A program made the position numbers and the translations under genes. DNA of 63,616 nucleotides, filler included, from Octopus bimaculoides (taxonomy: Eukaryota): the NCBI RefSeq assembly GCF_001194135.2. It is 6 parts of 6 records of this genome, joined end to end, with 100 filler letters (N's around TTAATTAATTAA, not from the genome) between each part and the next. Parts side by side here need not be neighbours in the genome. Positions count along the whole stretch, not along the records: positions 1 to 23,506 come from NC_068981.1; positions 23,607 to 32,146 come from NC_069001.1; 4 more parts are not named here. One strand, given 5' to 3'. The notes beneath the pieces are model-generated. The model was not told where the DNA came from. It saw only the letters and a list, made by a program, of their open reading frames with translations, and searched no databases. This document shows, piece after piece, positions 14,456 to 25,345 of the stretch (positions within the stretch are counted from its first letter, which is position 1; each line of letters opens with the position of its first letter).

Positions 14456-14490
14456 GTGTGTGTTTGTGTGTCTGTGGTTGTCTCCCCAAC
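14253..14490 (+). mobile_element. Dimeric SINE family, first monomer and linker
   Basis: gagtggctgtgtagtaag...ctactatagcctcgggccgaccaaagccttgtgagtggatttggtagatggaaactgaaagaagcccgtcg. Confidence 0.85.
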
Positions 14491-14537
14491 ATCGCCCGGC
14501 GTGCTAACGATTCTGCCAGCTCACCGCCTTGATAGCG

Positions 14538-14610
<73 letters not shown>

Positions 14611-14853
14611 CAACAACAACAACAACAGCAACAACAACAACAACAATAATAATAATAATAATAACAACAAAAATAACAACAACAACAACAACAACAACAA
14701 TAATAATAATAATAATAATAATAATGATAATATTCAAAATTAAAAGAAGACTGCCATTGTTACCTAGTGAACGATATTTCGACATCTTGTGTATCTTCAA
14801 CTGGTTCAAAAAACAATTTTGTCAATCTACTTCATTTTGGTTAATACAGAAAT

Positions 14854-14940
14854 GATTGAGGTAACTCATCCTGAAGATGTAGAGTCAAAATTAAAAGAAT
14901 TAATTTTGACTCTATATTTTCAGAAGGATTTATCTCAATC
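14854..14940. repeat. 41-bp-arm imperfect inverted repeat (hairpin) with 5-nt loop
   Basis: The left arm is gattgaggtaactcatcctgaagatgtagagtcaaaattaa and the reverse complement of the right arm is gattgagataaatccttctgaaaatatagagtcaaaattaa. There are 6 differences, 3 of which are G-U compatible on the + strand. Confidence 0.85.
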
Positions 14941-14945
14941 CTTTC

Positions 14946-15008
<63 letters not shown>

Positions 15009-15009
15009 C

Positions 15010-15225
15010 TTTTCTACTCTAGGCAGAAGGCCCGAAATTTTTTTAGAGGAGGGGTCCAGTTGATTAGATCGACCCCAGTACGCAATTGGTACTTAATTTA
15101 TCGACCCCGAAAGGATGAAAGGCAAAGTCGACCTCGGCGGGATTTGAACTCAGAACGTAGCCGCAGACGAAATACCGCTAATTATTTCGCCCTGCGTGCT
15201 AACGATTCTACTCGCTCGTCGCGTT
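15010..15225 (-). mobile_element. tRNA-derived SINE with Meta-domain-like core (other copies at 237-454, 11700-11900, 11941-12155, 17265-17460, 18075-18270, 18310-18400, 18520-18640 and 24123-24262)
   Basis: Consensus on the sense strand is ggcggtgagctggcagaatcgttagcacgccgggcgaaatgc...gttctgagttcaaattccgccgaggtcgactttgcctttcatcctttcggggtcgataaattaagtaccag. The gcctttcatcctt..g.ggtcgataaa...agtacc block matches the recalled MetaSINE core. Copies usually end in (TAA/ATT)n. Confidence 0.8.
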
Positions 15226-15232
15226 GATAGCG

Positions 15233-15296
<64 letters not shown>

Positions 15297-15329
15297 CAAC
15301 AACAACAACAAAAATTATAATAATGATGG

Positions 15330-15373
<44 letters not shown>

Positions 15374-15390
15374 ATAATAATAACAGCAAA

Positions 15391-15441
<51 letters not shown>

Positions 15442-15985
15442 TTATCATCAGTCAACTCTTTTACCACAATTCACAGCTTATCTCCAAACCCTGAATCTGT
15501 CTTTTCTTTACGCACAGCACCATTATTCTTCCCCCTTCGAATCCCATTCTTAGAGGAATTGTTAGTAGAGTGGTGGAGTGAGGGGAGACTTGTTTAAGAG
15601 TTTCAAGTTAGGGTCCTTGTAACCGATGGGCCTTCACCACTAGGGGGTCTACTTATTGCCCCTTGGCTCTTTGCCAGTGAGTTATGTTCAGTAAACTTCT
15701 TTTTTTGTCTGTTGCCCTGTTTTCTTCTCAATTTTAAACGAACTTTCTGATTTTTATCTCAAGATTCCCAAGATTTGTATCTCGTCGCTTCTCGAAATTA
15801 GAACAACGTTCATGGCACTTTTAACTGGTGTTGCATTTTATTGTAGTCGCCATATTGCCTGCATCTACCGATGTTCACTCTGACATTAGCCATTGTTGTT
15901 GTTGATATTATTGTTACTGTTGATGATAAAAATGATGATGATAATGATGATGATAATGATGATGATGATAATGCTGGTGATGATG

Positions 15986-16035
<50 letters not shown>

Positions 16036-16806
16036 AATGGTGATGAGAATGATGATGATGATAATGGTGATGAGGATGATGGTGATGCTGTGGTGATGTT
16101 GATGATGATGATGGTGAGGATGATGATGATGATGATGTTGATGGTGATGATGACGATTGTGGGAATGATGATGGTTATGATAGTGATGACGCTGATAATT
16201 ATGAATGTGGTAATAGTGATGATGATGATGATGATGATGATGATGACNNNNNNNNNNNNNNNNNNNNNNNNNNNNNNNNNNNNNNNNNNNNNNNNNNNNN
16301 NNNNNNNNNNNNNNNNNNNNNNNNNNNNNNNNNNNNNNNNNNNNNNNNNNNNNNNNNNNNNNNNNNNNNNNNNNNNNNNNNNNNNNNNNNNNNNNNNNNN
16401 NNNNNNNNNNNNNNNNNNNNNNNNNNNNNNNNNNNNNNNNNNNNNNNNNNNNNNNNNNNNNNNNNNNNNNNNNNNNNNNNNNNNNNNNNNNNNNNNNNNN
16501 NNNNNNNNNNNNNNNNNNNNNNNNNNNNNNNNNNNNNNNNNNNNNNNNNNNNNNNNNNNNNNNNNNNNNNNNNNNNNNNNNNNNNNNNNNNNNNNNNNNN
16601 NNNNNNNNNNNNNNNNNNNNNNNNNNNNNNNNNNNNNNNNNNNNNNNNNNNNNNNNNNNNNNNNNNNNNNNNNNNNNNNNNNNNNNNNNNNNNNNNNNNN
16701 NNNNNNNNNNNNNNNNNNNNNNNNNNNNNNNNNNNNNNNNNNNNNNNNNNNNNNNNNNNNNNNNNNNNNNNNNNNNNNNNNNNNNNNNNNNNNNNNNNNN
16801 NNNNNN

Positions 16807-16847
<41 letters not shown>

Positions 16848-17463
16848 GTTAGCTCGTCTCTGAAGCCAGTTTTACAGGATAATGGAATAGTAGTGATGGC
16901 GATACACTTGAGATATTACTTTGACAGACGTTCGAAAATGTTAATTTGACAACTACACTTGCTATCTGATTAACAAACACTTCTGCAGTCTTTACAAGGA
17001 GGAATAAAAGTGTGTTGCAAGAATAACAAGAGAATAAGAGCAAAGTAAGTAATATTTCGGACGACAGAACACTTCATCGGAAAACATACGATGCAAAGAA
17101 ATTAGCCATGTTTATTTTCTGACAGACGATAATCTACTAAAGCGCTACAATTCTTTTCTTATTACCAACGCAGGGTTATTGTTGCTTTTATTGTATTTAG
17201 ATCTAGGTTAGCCCCGATCGAGAAGAACGGGTGATGAAAGATTCGACAACAGTAACTAACAAAGAAACTCGTCTGCCGTTACGTTCTGGGTTCAAATTCC
17301 ACCGAGGTCGACTTTGCCTTTAATCTCTTCAGGGTCGATAAATTAAGTACCAGTTACGTACTGGGGTAGATGTAATCGACTTAATCCCTTTGTCTGTCCT
17401 TGTTTGTCCCCGCTTTGTTTATCCCCCCCATCCCACCGTGGGCAATAAAGAAATAAATAATAT

Positions 17464-17905
17464 AGACGCAGGAGTGGCTGTGTGGTAAGTGGCTTGCTTA
17501 TCAACCACATAGTCCCAGGTTCAGTCCCACTGCGTAGCTCCTTGGGCGAGTGTCTTCTACTATAGCCTCGGGCCGACCAAAGGCTTGTGAGTGGATTTGG
17601 TAGACGGAAACTGAAAGAAGCCCGTCGTATATAGATATATATATATATGTGTATGTGTGTATGTATGTATGTATGTGTGTGTGTGTGTGTGTGTGTGTTT
17701 GTGTGTCTGTGTTTGTTCCTCCACCTTCGCTTCACAACCGATGCGGGTGTGTTCACGTCACCGTAACTTAGCGGTTCGGCAAAAGAGACCGATAAAATAA
17801 GCACTAGGCTTACCAAGAGTAAGTCCTGGGGTCGATTTGTTCGACTAAAGGCGGTGCTCCAGCATGGCCTAAAATGACTGAGACAAATAAAAGAATAAAA
17901 GAATA
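17464..17905 (+). mobile_element. Full-length dimeric tRNA-derived octopus SINE (OR/CORE-like head, microsatellite linker, second monomer, LINE-like tail)
   Basis: Head gcaggagtggctgtgtggtaag...ggttcagtccc; core ttgggcgagtgtcttctactatagcctcgggccgaccaaa; (TA/TG)n linker; tail ggcggtgctccagcatggcc...tgactgagacaaataaaagaataaaagaa. Confidence 0.85.
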
Positions 17906-19119
17906 TAAACATTAAATTACGTCTTCAGTTTTAGAAAAGGCTCACATACTTTTAGAGTTCCACCGAATTTATAAAATATTAGTAAGGTGGCACAACACCT
18001 TTGAAAACTTCGTTTTTTTTCTTTCTTTTAAGCAGTTAACAAAATGTTAAAAATTATGGGTAGAAGTATTCTTTTCTATTCTAGGCACAAGGCCCGAAAT
18101 TTTTTGGAAGGGGGAGAAGTCGATTAGATCGACTCCAGTACGCAACTGGTACTTAATTTATTGACCCCGAAAGGATGAAAGGCAAAGTCGACCTCGGCGG
18201 AATTTGAACTCAGAACGTAACGGCAGACGAAATACCGCTAAGCATTTCGCCCGGCGTGCTAACGTTTCTATGGATAGAAATAGTAATTTATAGCCGGGTG
18301 CAGAGAAGTCGTACTTTTTGAAATGGGTGTCTCCTTCTGGGGTCGATGTAATCGACTTCCCCCGTCCCCCGAAATTGCTGGCCTTGTGCCAACTTTGAAA
18401 CTAATATTACCACAGACGCCGCTGTTGTTGTTGGTGATGATGTTGGCGTTTCTGTTGTTGTTGTTGGTGGTGGTGATGGCGGTGCTGTCATATTGTTCTT
18501 ACTGTGGATTAATTGATGTCAAACTTCACCGTTCGTCCTTTCAAGGTCGATAAAATAAAGTACCAGTGAAATACTGCGGTCGGAGTAAACTACTTGCCCC
18601 TCCCCTCAAAATTACTGTCCTTGTACCAAAATTAGTAAAAAATTATGATGTTGTTGTTGTTAGCTTTCTGTTGCTGGAGGATAATTGTTGTTTATGTTGT
18701 TGTTATACTGCTGTTGCTGGGGGGGGGGATACTTGCTGCTGCTGCTGTTGTTGTTGTTGTTGTTATTGTTACGATTTTCGTCGCAGTATTTCTGTTTGTA
18801 ACCAACACCCTGAATGTCCAATTATTTGGCTCAGTTGTCATCCACCCGCAACTACTCTCCCTCACTTCACCCTCTCTCTCCCTCTGCCTCTCCCTTCGCC
18901 TCTCTCTCTCTTCACCACTCTCTCCCTTCATCTCTCTCTATCCCCCCACTTCTCTCTTTCCCTCCACCTCTCCTTCTCTCTCTCTGTTTAGCGTCAGTTT
19001 TAATGGGGTGGGCGTGGCAACCACACGGGGTGCAAATTGCTGAAGGTGGTTTCAGAACACGTGCTTTGTTCGTTCTAATTGCAGTGCTCCATATCAACTG
19101 TGGGTTGTGAATGAGCGGG

Positions 19120-19242
<123 letters not shown>

Positions 19243-19600
19243 AAGTCGCAAAAGAAGAACAGCTTTACATTTTAAACCTGTATAATTAAAATCAGGTCCC
19301 TGCTCCAAGTTTAACTTCCTTAATAAAGGGTTTTTCATATTCTTTTAATTAATCTTTTATTTTTTGTTTGTTTATACACAGTTCATTTCCATCTCCCAAG
19401 TTTTTCGACGATTCAAGATGTCGCCATCTCCATACCTAACTACTTACTACCAGCTTGTACGTTTGTACGTACATAGTTTCAAAGCTACGACCTTACGTAC
19501 CTATCCATCTACATAATTACTTACCTACCTACCTACCTACCTACCTACCTACCTACCTACATACATACATACATTCGTACCTATCTACCAACGTACATGG

Positions 19601-19660
<60 letters not shown>

Positions 19661-19703
19661 TTGTCTGTATGTATGTATGTGTATACATACATACATACGT
19701 ACA

Positions 19704-19734
<31 letters not shown>

Positions 19735-19875
19735 NNNNNNNNNNNNNNNNNNNNNNNNNNNNNNNNNNNNNNNNNNNNNNNNNNNNNNNNNNNNNNNNNN
19801 NNNNNNNNNNNNNNNNNNNNNNNNNNATGTATGTATGTATGTATGTATGTATGTATGTATGTATGCATGTATGTA

Positions 19876-19923
<48 letters not shown>

Positions 19924-20094
19924 AATCGTGAAGTATATTTGTCACCTAAATGTGGTTGACCCATATGGGACGATGCTACTGTAGTTTATAGCCCCAGGAA
20001 GACATCTCCTCCAGCTGGCTAACGGTACACTCTCTGTACTCGATCAATATTTGCGAATGGAAATCATCGTTCCCATTTCTAGCTTGACGTGATA

Positions 20095-20138
20095 CACACG
20101 GACCCGGGTTTCTGGGTAGTAATCCGTCATAGCGTGTG
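20095..20138 (-). ncRNA. Degenerate minimal type I hammerhead ribozyme (G missing from the CUGAUGA core)
   Basis: Minus strand reads cacacg-CTATGA-cggattactaccca-GAAAC-ccgg-GTC-cgtgtg. It has a perfect 6-bp helix I and palindromic helix III (ACCCGGGU), but a damaged core and weak helix II. Confidence 0.6.
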
Positions 20139-20792
20139 ACAATCATCGGCCAAGAATGAGAAGTGATTTCGAACGCAAATACGTATGCTCTTTCTCGAAA
20201 AAAGGAGAAACAAGCAATAATAAATCTCTGAGCGAGATATAAACACGACACGTCCTGCTGCCGCAGTTTACATCTCATTCAGGGATTTATTATCGCATAT
20301 ATTGTGACAGTTATTTCTACGGATATTCTATAGTAATTACACTCAGCGCTCATTTCTACTACAACGTTTCGTATCGAAACTTCAGATGTGAACATACAAT
20401 GAGATCGAAGACAAAAAATGGGTAATGAATTTAGTATATATATATATATATATATATATAATCCTGAACAGCTTTATTCGGTTCCATACGACTTACATTT
20501 TCATAGGTTTCTGTTAGAAGCCAGCGAAGCTTTAAGTCCCATCGACAACAGCATTTATATATATTGTGACGTCATTAGATTTTTATAAACTTTCATCAGA
20601 ACGTGAACTAATTCTTTCTTTTTTGGAACTTCTCGAAGCACGTAAAGCTATAAATAATAGCATTTAAATATTGGGCTGAAAACCCCTTTTGGATAGAAAA
20701 CGTCGAAAACTGTATTAATATACACATACATCTATACGTATAAAGTGTGTATACGTATACACACATACCTGCCTAGAATAAGTATCTTATAC

Positions 20793-20864
<72 letters not shown>

Positions 20865-20869
20865 ATATC

Positions 20870-21276
20870 TCTTTCCACAAGTAGAAAGATATATTTTTTC
20901 AACGCGTAAATACTGATAGTATAGCATATATATATAAGATAATATCCTTACATAAGAGAAAAATCTGTCAGTAACCAGCCATGAGAATCGAACTCACATC
21001 GTTTTGATTTCCGGTCAAATGCTTTACCATTAAGTTAAACTGCTTTATTGACAAATTCTTCTGCAATTTTAGAACTTATAAAGTCATCCAGAAACGCTAG
21101 ATGTAATAGAAATTACGTCATATGTAAACAAACAGGTTTGTTATTGAAGTGTTGAAATGTCGTACAAGTAGAAAGATATCAATATTTACGTGTTGAAAAA
21201 ATATATCTTTCTACTTGCGCTACAATACATTTCAACGCTTCAAAAACAGACTTGTTTCTTTACATATGACGTAAGA
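20870..21276 (-). mobile_element. Unclassified short element: long hairpin, tRNA-like cloverleaf and a terminus complementary to the hairpin loop, inserted in (TA)n
   Basis: 21113-21179 pairs with 21203-21274, and 20878-20917 is the reverse complement of 21178-21217. A tRNA-like unit lies at 20974-21043. Confidence 0.65.
20974..21043 (-). pseudogene. tRNA-like cloverleaf (tRNA-derived, probably not a functional tRNA)
   Basis: A-box-like TAACTTAATGG, anticodon arm TTTGA-CCGGAAA-TCAAA (GGA at the anticodon position, C instead of U33), T-arm GTGAG-TTCGATT-CTCAT, and an acceptor stem cagtt/ggctg with wobble pairs. Confidence 0.55.
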
Positions 21277-21392
21277 TATATATATATATAGTGGAATTAG
21301 AAATAGGAAGTCCTTGGTATGGTATTATATATTTGAAAAAATGAATAGGAATGACTTTTCCGATAATTTTTCTGCTTTCACAACTCGGTCCC

Positions 21393-21438
21393 TCTCATGA
21401 CACCAGTGTTTCGATTATTTTGGTCTCATCAGTCAGAA
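21393..21438 (-). ncRNA. Hammerhead-like motif with intact core but eroded helices I and II
   Basis: Minus strand reads ttctga-CTGATGA-gaccaaaataatc-GAAAC-actggt-GTC-atgaga. The core and 4-bp helix III are present, helix II has only 2 bp, and helix I pairs poorly. Confidence 0.35.
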
Positions 21439-21711
21439 ATAACCCGGATTTTTGAGTCTAGCCAAACAGCTGGCCTTTGTTTATATTGTCGATGGACAAA
21501 ATGTTTGCCGATTGGTGCTTATATTTGCCACTCAAGCTAAAATCGTTGTTTGCACAATATACAGAGAGATCCGGTACGAATCCTCTGCGCCAATGAGCCG
21601 AGTGTTTTGAGCATATTATCATCATAAAGAGAGAGATTATCTCCAATGACGTACATGACAGCGAATGGTAGGTTTTGCGTTTGATCCCGCCTAGAAGAAA
21701 TATATCTTATA

Positions 21712-21960
21712 TTTTATCTTTTACTAGTTTCAATCATTAGACTACGGCCATGCAGGGGCGTCGCGTTCAGGAATTTTAGTCAAACGAATCGATCCGAATA
21801 TTTAGTTTTTTTTTTAAAGCTTGGTACTTGTTCTGTCGGTCTCTTTGCCGAACAGCTAGGTTACAGGGATGTAAAGACACCAGTACCGATTGTCAAGCGA
21901 TGATGGTATTGGTAATGGACGGTGGAAGTAACAAGCATAAAGACACACACGCATGGGGCT
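21712..21960 (-). mobile_element. Dimeric SINE family, second monomer (other partial copies at 22583-22662, 24045-24110, 27595-27640, 48562-48705, 53560-53750, 59865-60082 and 63535-63600)
   Basis: Degenerate matches to the family motifs gccgaac.gctaggttac.ggga.gtaaa.acacca and the tail or head motifs. Confidence 0.75.
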
Positions 21961-22148
21961 GGCCAGATTGGAGCAATATCGAGAATAACCAGCCGAAATT
22001 GCAAGGATAATCTGGAACTCGACTGAGGAAAGAAAACTCCGAATGACCCGTCCTTCTTTTCTTTGTATCGTCTGTCTGGATGTTTTGTCCCTTTCTTGTA
22101 TCACCTAACTGTTTGGATGTTTTGCGTTCTTGTCCCATTCTGTATTAT

Positions 22149-22179
<31 letters not shown>

Positions 22180-22732
22180 NNNNNNNNNNNNNNNNNNNNN
22201 NNNNNNNNNNNNNNNNNNNNNNNNNNNNNNNNNNNNNNNNNNNNNNNNNNNNNNNNNNNNNNNNNNNNNNNNNNNNNNNNNNNNNNNNNNNNNNNNNNNN
22301 NNNNNNNNNNNNNNNNNNNNNNNNNNNNNNNNNNNNNNNNNNNNNNNNNNNNNNNNNNNNNNNNNNNNNNNNNNNNNNNNNNNNNNNNNNNNNNNNNNNN
22401 NNNNNNNNNNNNNNNNNNNNNNNNNNNNNNNNNNNNNNNNNNNNNNNNNNNNNNNNNNNNNNNNNNNNNNNNNNNNNNNNNNNNNNNNNNNNNNNNNNNN
22501 NNNNNNNNNNNNNNNNNNNNNNNNNNNNNNNNNNNNNNNNNNNNNNNNNNNNNNNNNNNNNNNNNNNNNNNNNNNNNNNNNAATAAGTCCTGGGGTCGAT
22601 TTGCTCGACTAAAGGCGATGCTCCAGCATGGCCACAACCAAATGACTGAAACAAGTAAAAGAATAATGAACACGTGTGTACTGTCAATGTACGCATAAAT
22701 CTCTCTCCTCTCTTTCTCTCTCTCTCTCTCTC

Positions 22733-22763
<31 letters not shown>

Positions 22764-22789
22764 GTTCTCAGCCGCCTGGACTAATGCAA

Positions 22790-23389
22790 CCAGTTGTAGT
22801 CCCCACGTAGTGCCAAACTAACAGCGGAGCTTGAAACAGTCCAATGCCACTACACTAAAAAGACTGAAACGGTGAAGCGGATGAGCTATAGAAATAGGCT
22901 GAGAAAAATGCAACTTTACTCCCTGGAGCGAAGGCGCGAGAGATATGCAATAATCTACATATGGAAAATTCTAGAAGGTCTGATACCTAATTTCGGCACT
23001 GAGTGTTATAAAAACGCCAGAAATGGCCGCCATTGTATTGCACCAAAGTTACCATCCGCTCCATCTAAATTCACTCCATCTAAATTCAGGTCCAGGTACT
23101 ATAAAAGTGTAGAGTTCAAAGGTCCACAGCCCTTCAATGCCCTGGCACAAAAATTAAGAAACCTACATAAAGTGGAAATAGATGTCTTCAAAAAGGAACT
23201 AGACATCCTCCTCTTCACAATACCGGGTGAACCAACAGCCCGATATGAGGTGCAGACGAGGGCAGCGGAATCAAACTCCCGAAATAGGCCAACAGCTGGG
23301 ACAAAAAAACACAGGAGTGGTGATGTGAAAGACCTCAGATGGAGGTGCTCCAGCATGAACGCAGACGCATGACTGAAACGAGTAAAAGA

Positions 23390-23390
<1 letters not shown>
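22790..23390 (+). mobile_element. CR1-like LINE 3' fragment (RT C-terminus plus 3' UTR)
   Basis: Translates SYRNRLRKMQLYSLERRRERYAIIYIWKILEGLIPNF...FKGPQPFNAL..KLRNLH...FKKELD, typical of CR1-group ORF2 C-termini. It ends in ggtgctccagcatg...tgactgaaacgagtaaaagag. Confidence 0.75.
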
Positions 23391-23438
<48 letters not shown>

Positions 23439-23550
23439 CATACCTAGATACATATATATATATTGCAAAACATATATATATATATGTATGTATGTATATA
23501 TATATGNNNNNNNNNNNNNNNNNNNNNNNNNNNNNNNNNNNNNNNNNNNN

Positions 23551-23562
23551 TTAATTAATTAA
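23551..23562. other. Assembly artefact: TTAATTAATTAA all-frame-stop linker inside N gaps (also at 32191, 47955, 53862 and 61596)
   Basis: An identical 12-mer sits in the middle of N runs five times. Confidence 0.95.
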
Positions 23563-24989
23563 NNNNNNNNNNNNNNNNNNNNNNNNNNNNNNNNNNNNNN
23601 NNNNNNAGAGGAAGAAGAAGAACAAGAACAAGAAGAGGAAGAAGAAGAAGAGGAAGAAGAAGAAGAAGAAAAAGAAGAAAAAGAAGAAGAAGAAGAAGAA
23701 GAAGAAAAAGAAGAAGAAGAAGAAGAAGAAGAACTACAACAACAACAACAACAACAACAACAACGACAACAAAAATGACGACAGAGCAAGACTAACAGCA
23801 TCAACGGTCCCGATGATAAATGTAGTATTGGTGGTAGTTGTGGTGGTAGTGTTGGTGGTTGTGGTGGTGTCGATGGCGATCTGTTTGTCAGATGAAGGTT
23901 GATTGAGGCGGATGCTGCAAAGTACAGGTTCCGTGAAGTGTAAGTGTTCGTACGAAAAATCGAATGCGATAAATAGTAAATACATATAAGAGATGACGAT
24001 GACAATGATGACATACACACACAAGCACACACATATATATATATACATACGACGGGCTTCTCTCAGTTTCCATCTACCAGATCCGCTCACAAGGATTTGG
24101 TCAGCCAGAGAAGACACTTTAGACGGCGAAATGGCAGAATCGTTAGCACACCGGGCGAAATGCTAAGCGGTATTTCATCTGTTTTTTATGTTCTGAGTTC
24201 AAATTTCACCGAAGTCGACTTTGCCTTTCATCCTTCGGGGTCGATAAATTAAGTACCAGTTGTGCAACTGGCTTAGGTCAAGCAACTGACAAGCAAATCT
24301 GTGGTATTGAGGAGAATATTTGCTGTAGCCCATCTATTTATACCAAGACAAAACAATGTACATGATAACACTTCCAATCAATTAAGATCGGAAGCCATGA
24401 GAGCCACCATTATCTTCTTCTTCTTCTTCTTCTTCTTCTTCTTCTTCTTCTTCTTCTTCTTCTTCTTCATGAATATGATAAATATGATAATGACGGTGGT
24501 GATATCTTTGTTAACGTTGTTATTAATGTCTGCATTAGGCAAACACATCTAAATACAATCCGCTTGTTTCAGTTTTTTTTTTTAAGAACGTGTTACNNNN
24601 NNNNNNNNNNNNNNNNNNNNNNNNNNNNNNNNNNNNNNNNNNNNNNNNNNNNNNNNNNNNNNNNNNNNNNNNNNNNNNNNNNNNNNNNNNNNNNNNNNNN
24701 NNNNNNNNNNNNNNNNNNNNNNNNNNNNNNNNNNNNNNNNNNNNNNNNNNNNNNNNNNNNNNNNNNNNNNNNNNNNNNNNNNNNNNNNNNNNNNNNNNNN
24801 NNNNNNNNNNNNNNNNNNNNNNNNNNNNNNNNNNNNNNNNNNNNNNNNNNNNNNNNNNNNNNNNNNNNNNNNNNNNNNNNNNNNNNNNNNNNNNNNNNNN
24901 NNNNNNNNNNNNNGGGTGTGGAGGATGGGCAGTAGCTCAAAGCTTTCCTTTCAGTGGAAGGAATTTCCTCGTCTTAATGTAATATATAT

Positions 24990-25345
24990 TGCGTGGCACC
25001 TTGGGTAAGTGTCTTCTACTATAGCCTCGGGCCGACCAAAGCCTTGTGAGTGGATTTGGTAGACGGAAACTGAAAGAAGCCCGTCGTATATATGTATATA
25101 CATATATATGTATGTGTGTATATGTTTGTATGTCTGTGTTTGTCCCCTCAACATCGTTTGACAACCGATGGTGGTGTGTTTACGTCCCCGTAACTTAGCA
25201 ATTCGGCAAAAAAGACCGATAGAATAAGTACAAGGCATCCAAAGAATAAGTCCTGGGGGTCGATTTGCTCGACTAAAGGCGGTGCTCCAGCATGGCCGCA
25301 GTCAAATAACTGAAACGAATAAAAGAGTAAAAGGGTAAAAGAGAA
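24990..25345 (+). mobile_element. Dimeric SINE family copy (5'-truncated)
   Basis: gcgtggcaccttgggtaagtgtc... through ggcggtgctccagcatggccgcagtc...taaaagagtaaaag. Confidence 0.85.

Noticed and set aside
20360-20395. ctgaag...gaaacgtt hammerhead-like string (similar weak strings at about 20690 and 37385)
   Set aside because: The core is incomplete and helices I and II do not pair.
23551-23562. Recurrent palindromic TTAATTAATTAA motif (5 copies)
   Set aside because: It always sits in the middle of N runs, so it is an assembly or scaffolding linker rather than biology.
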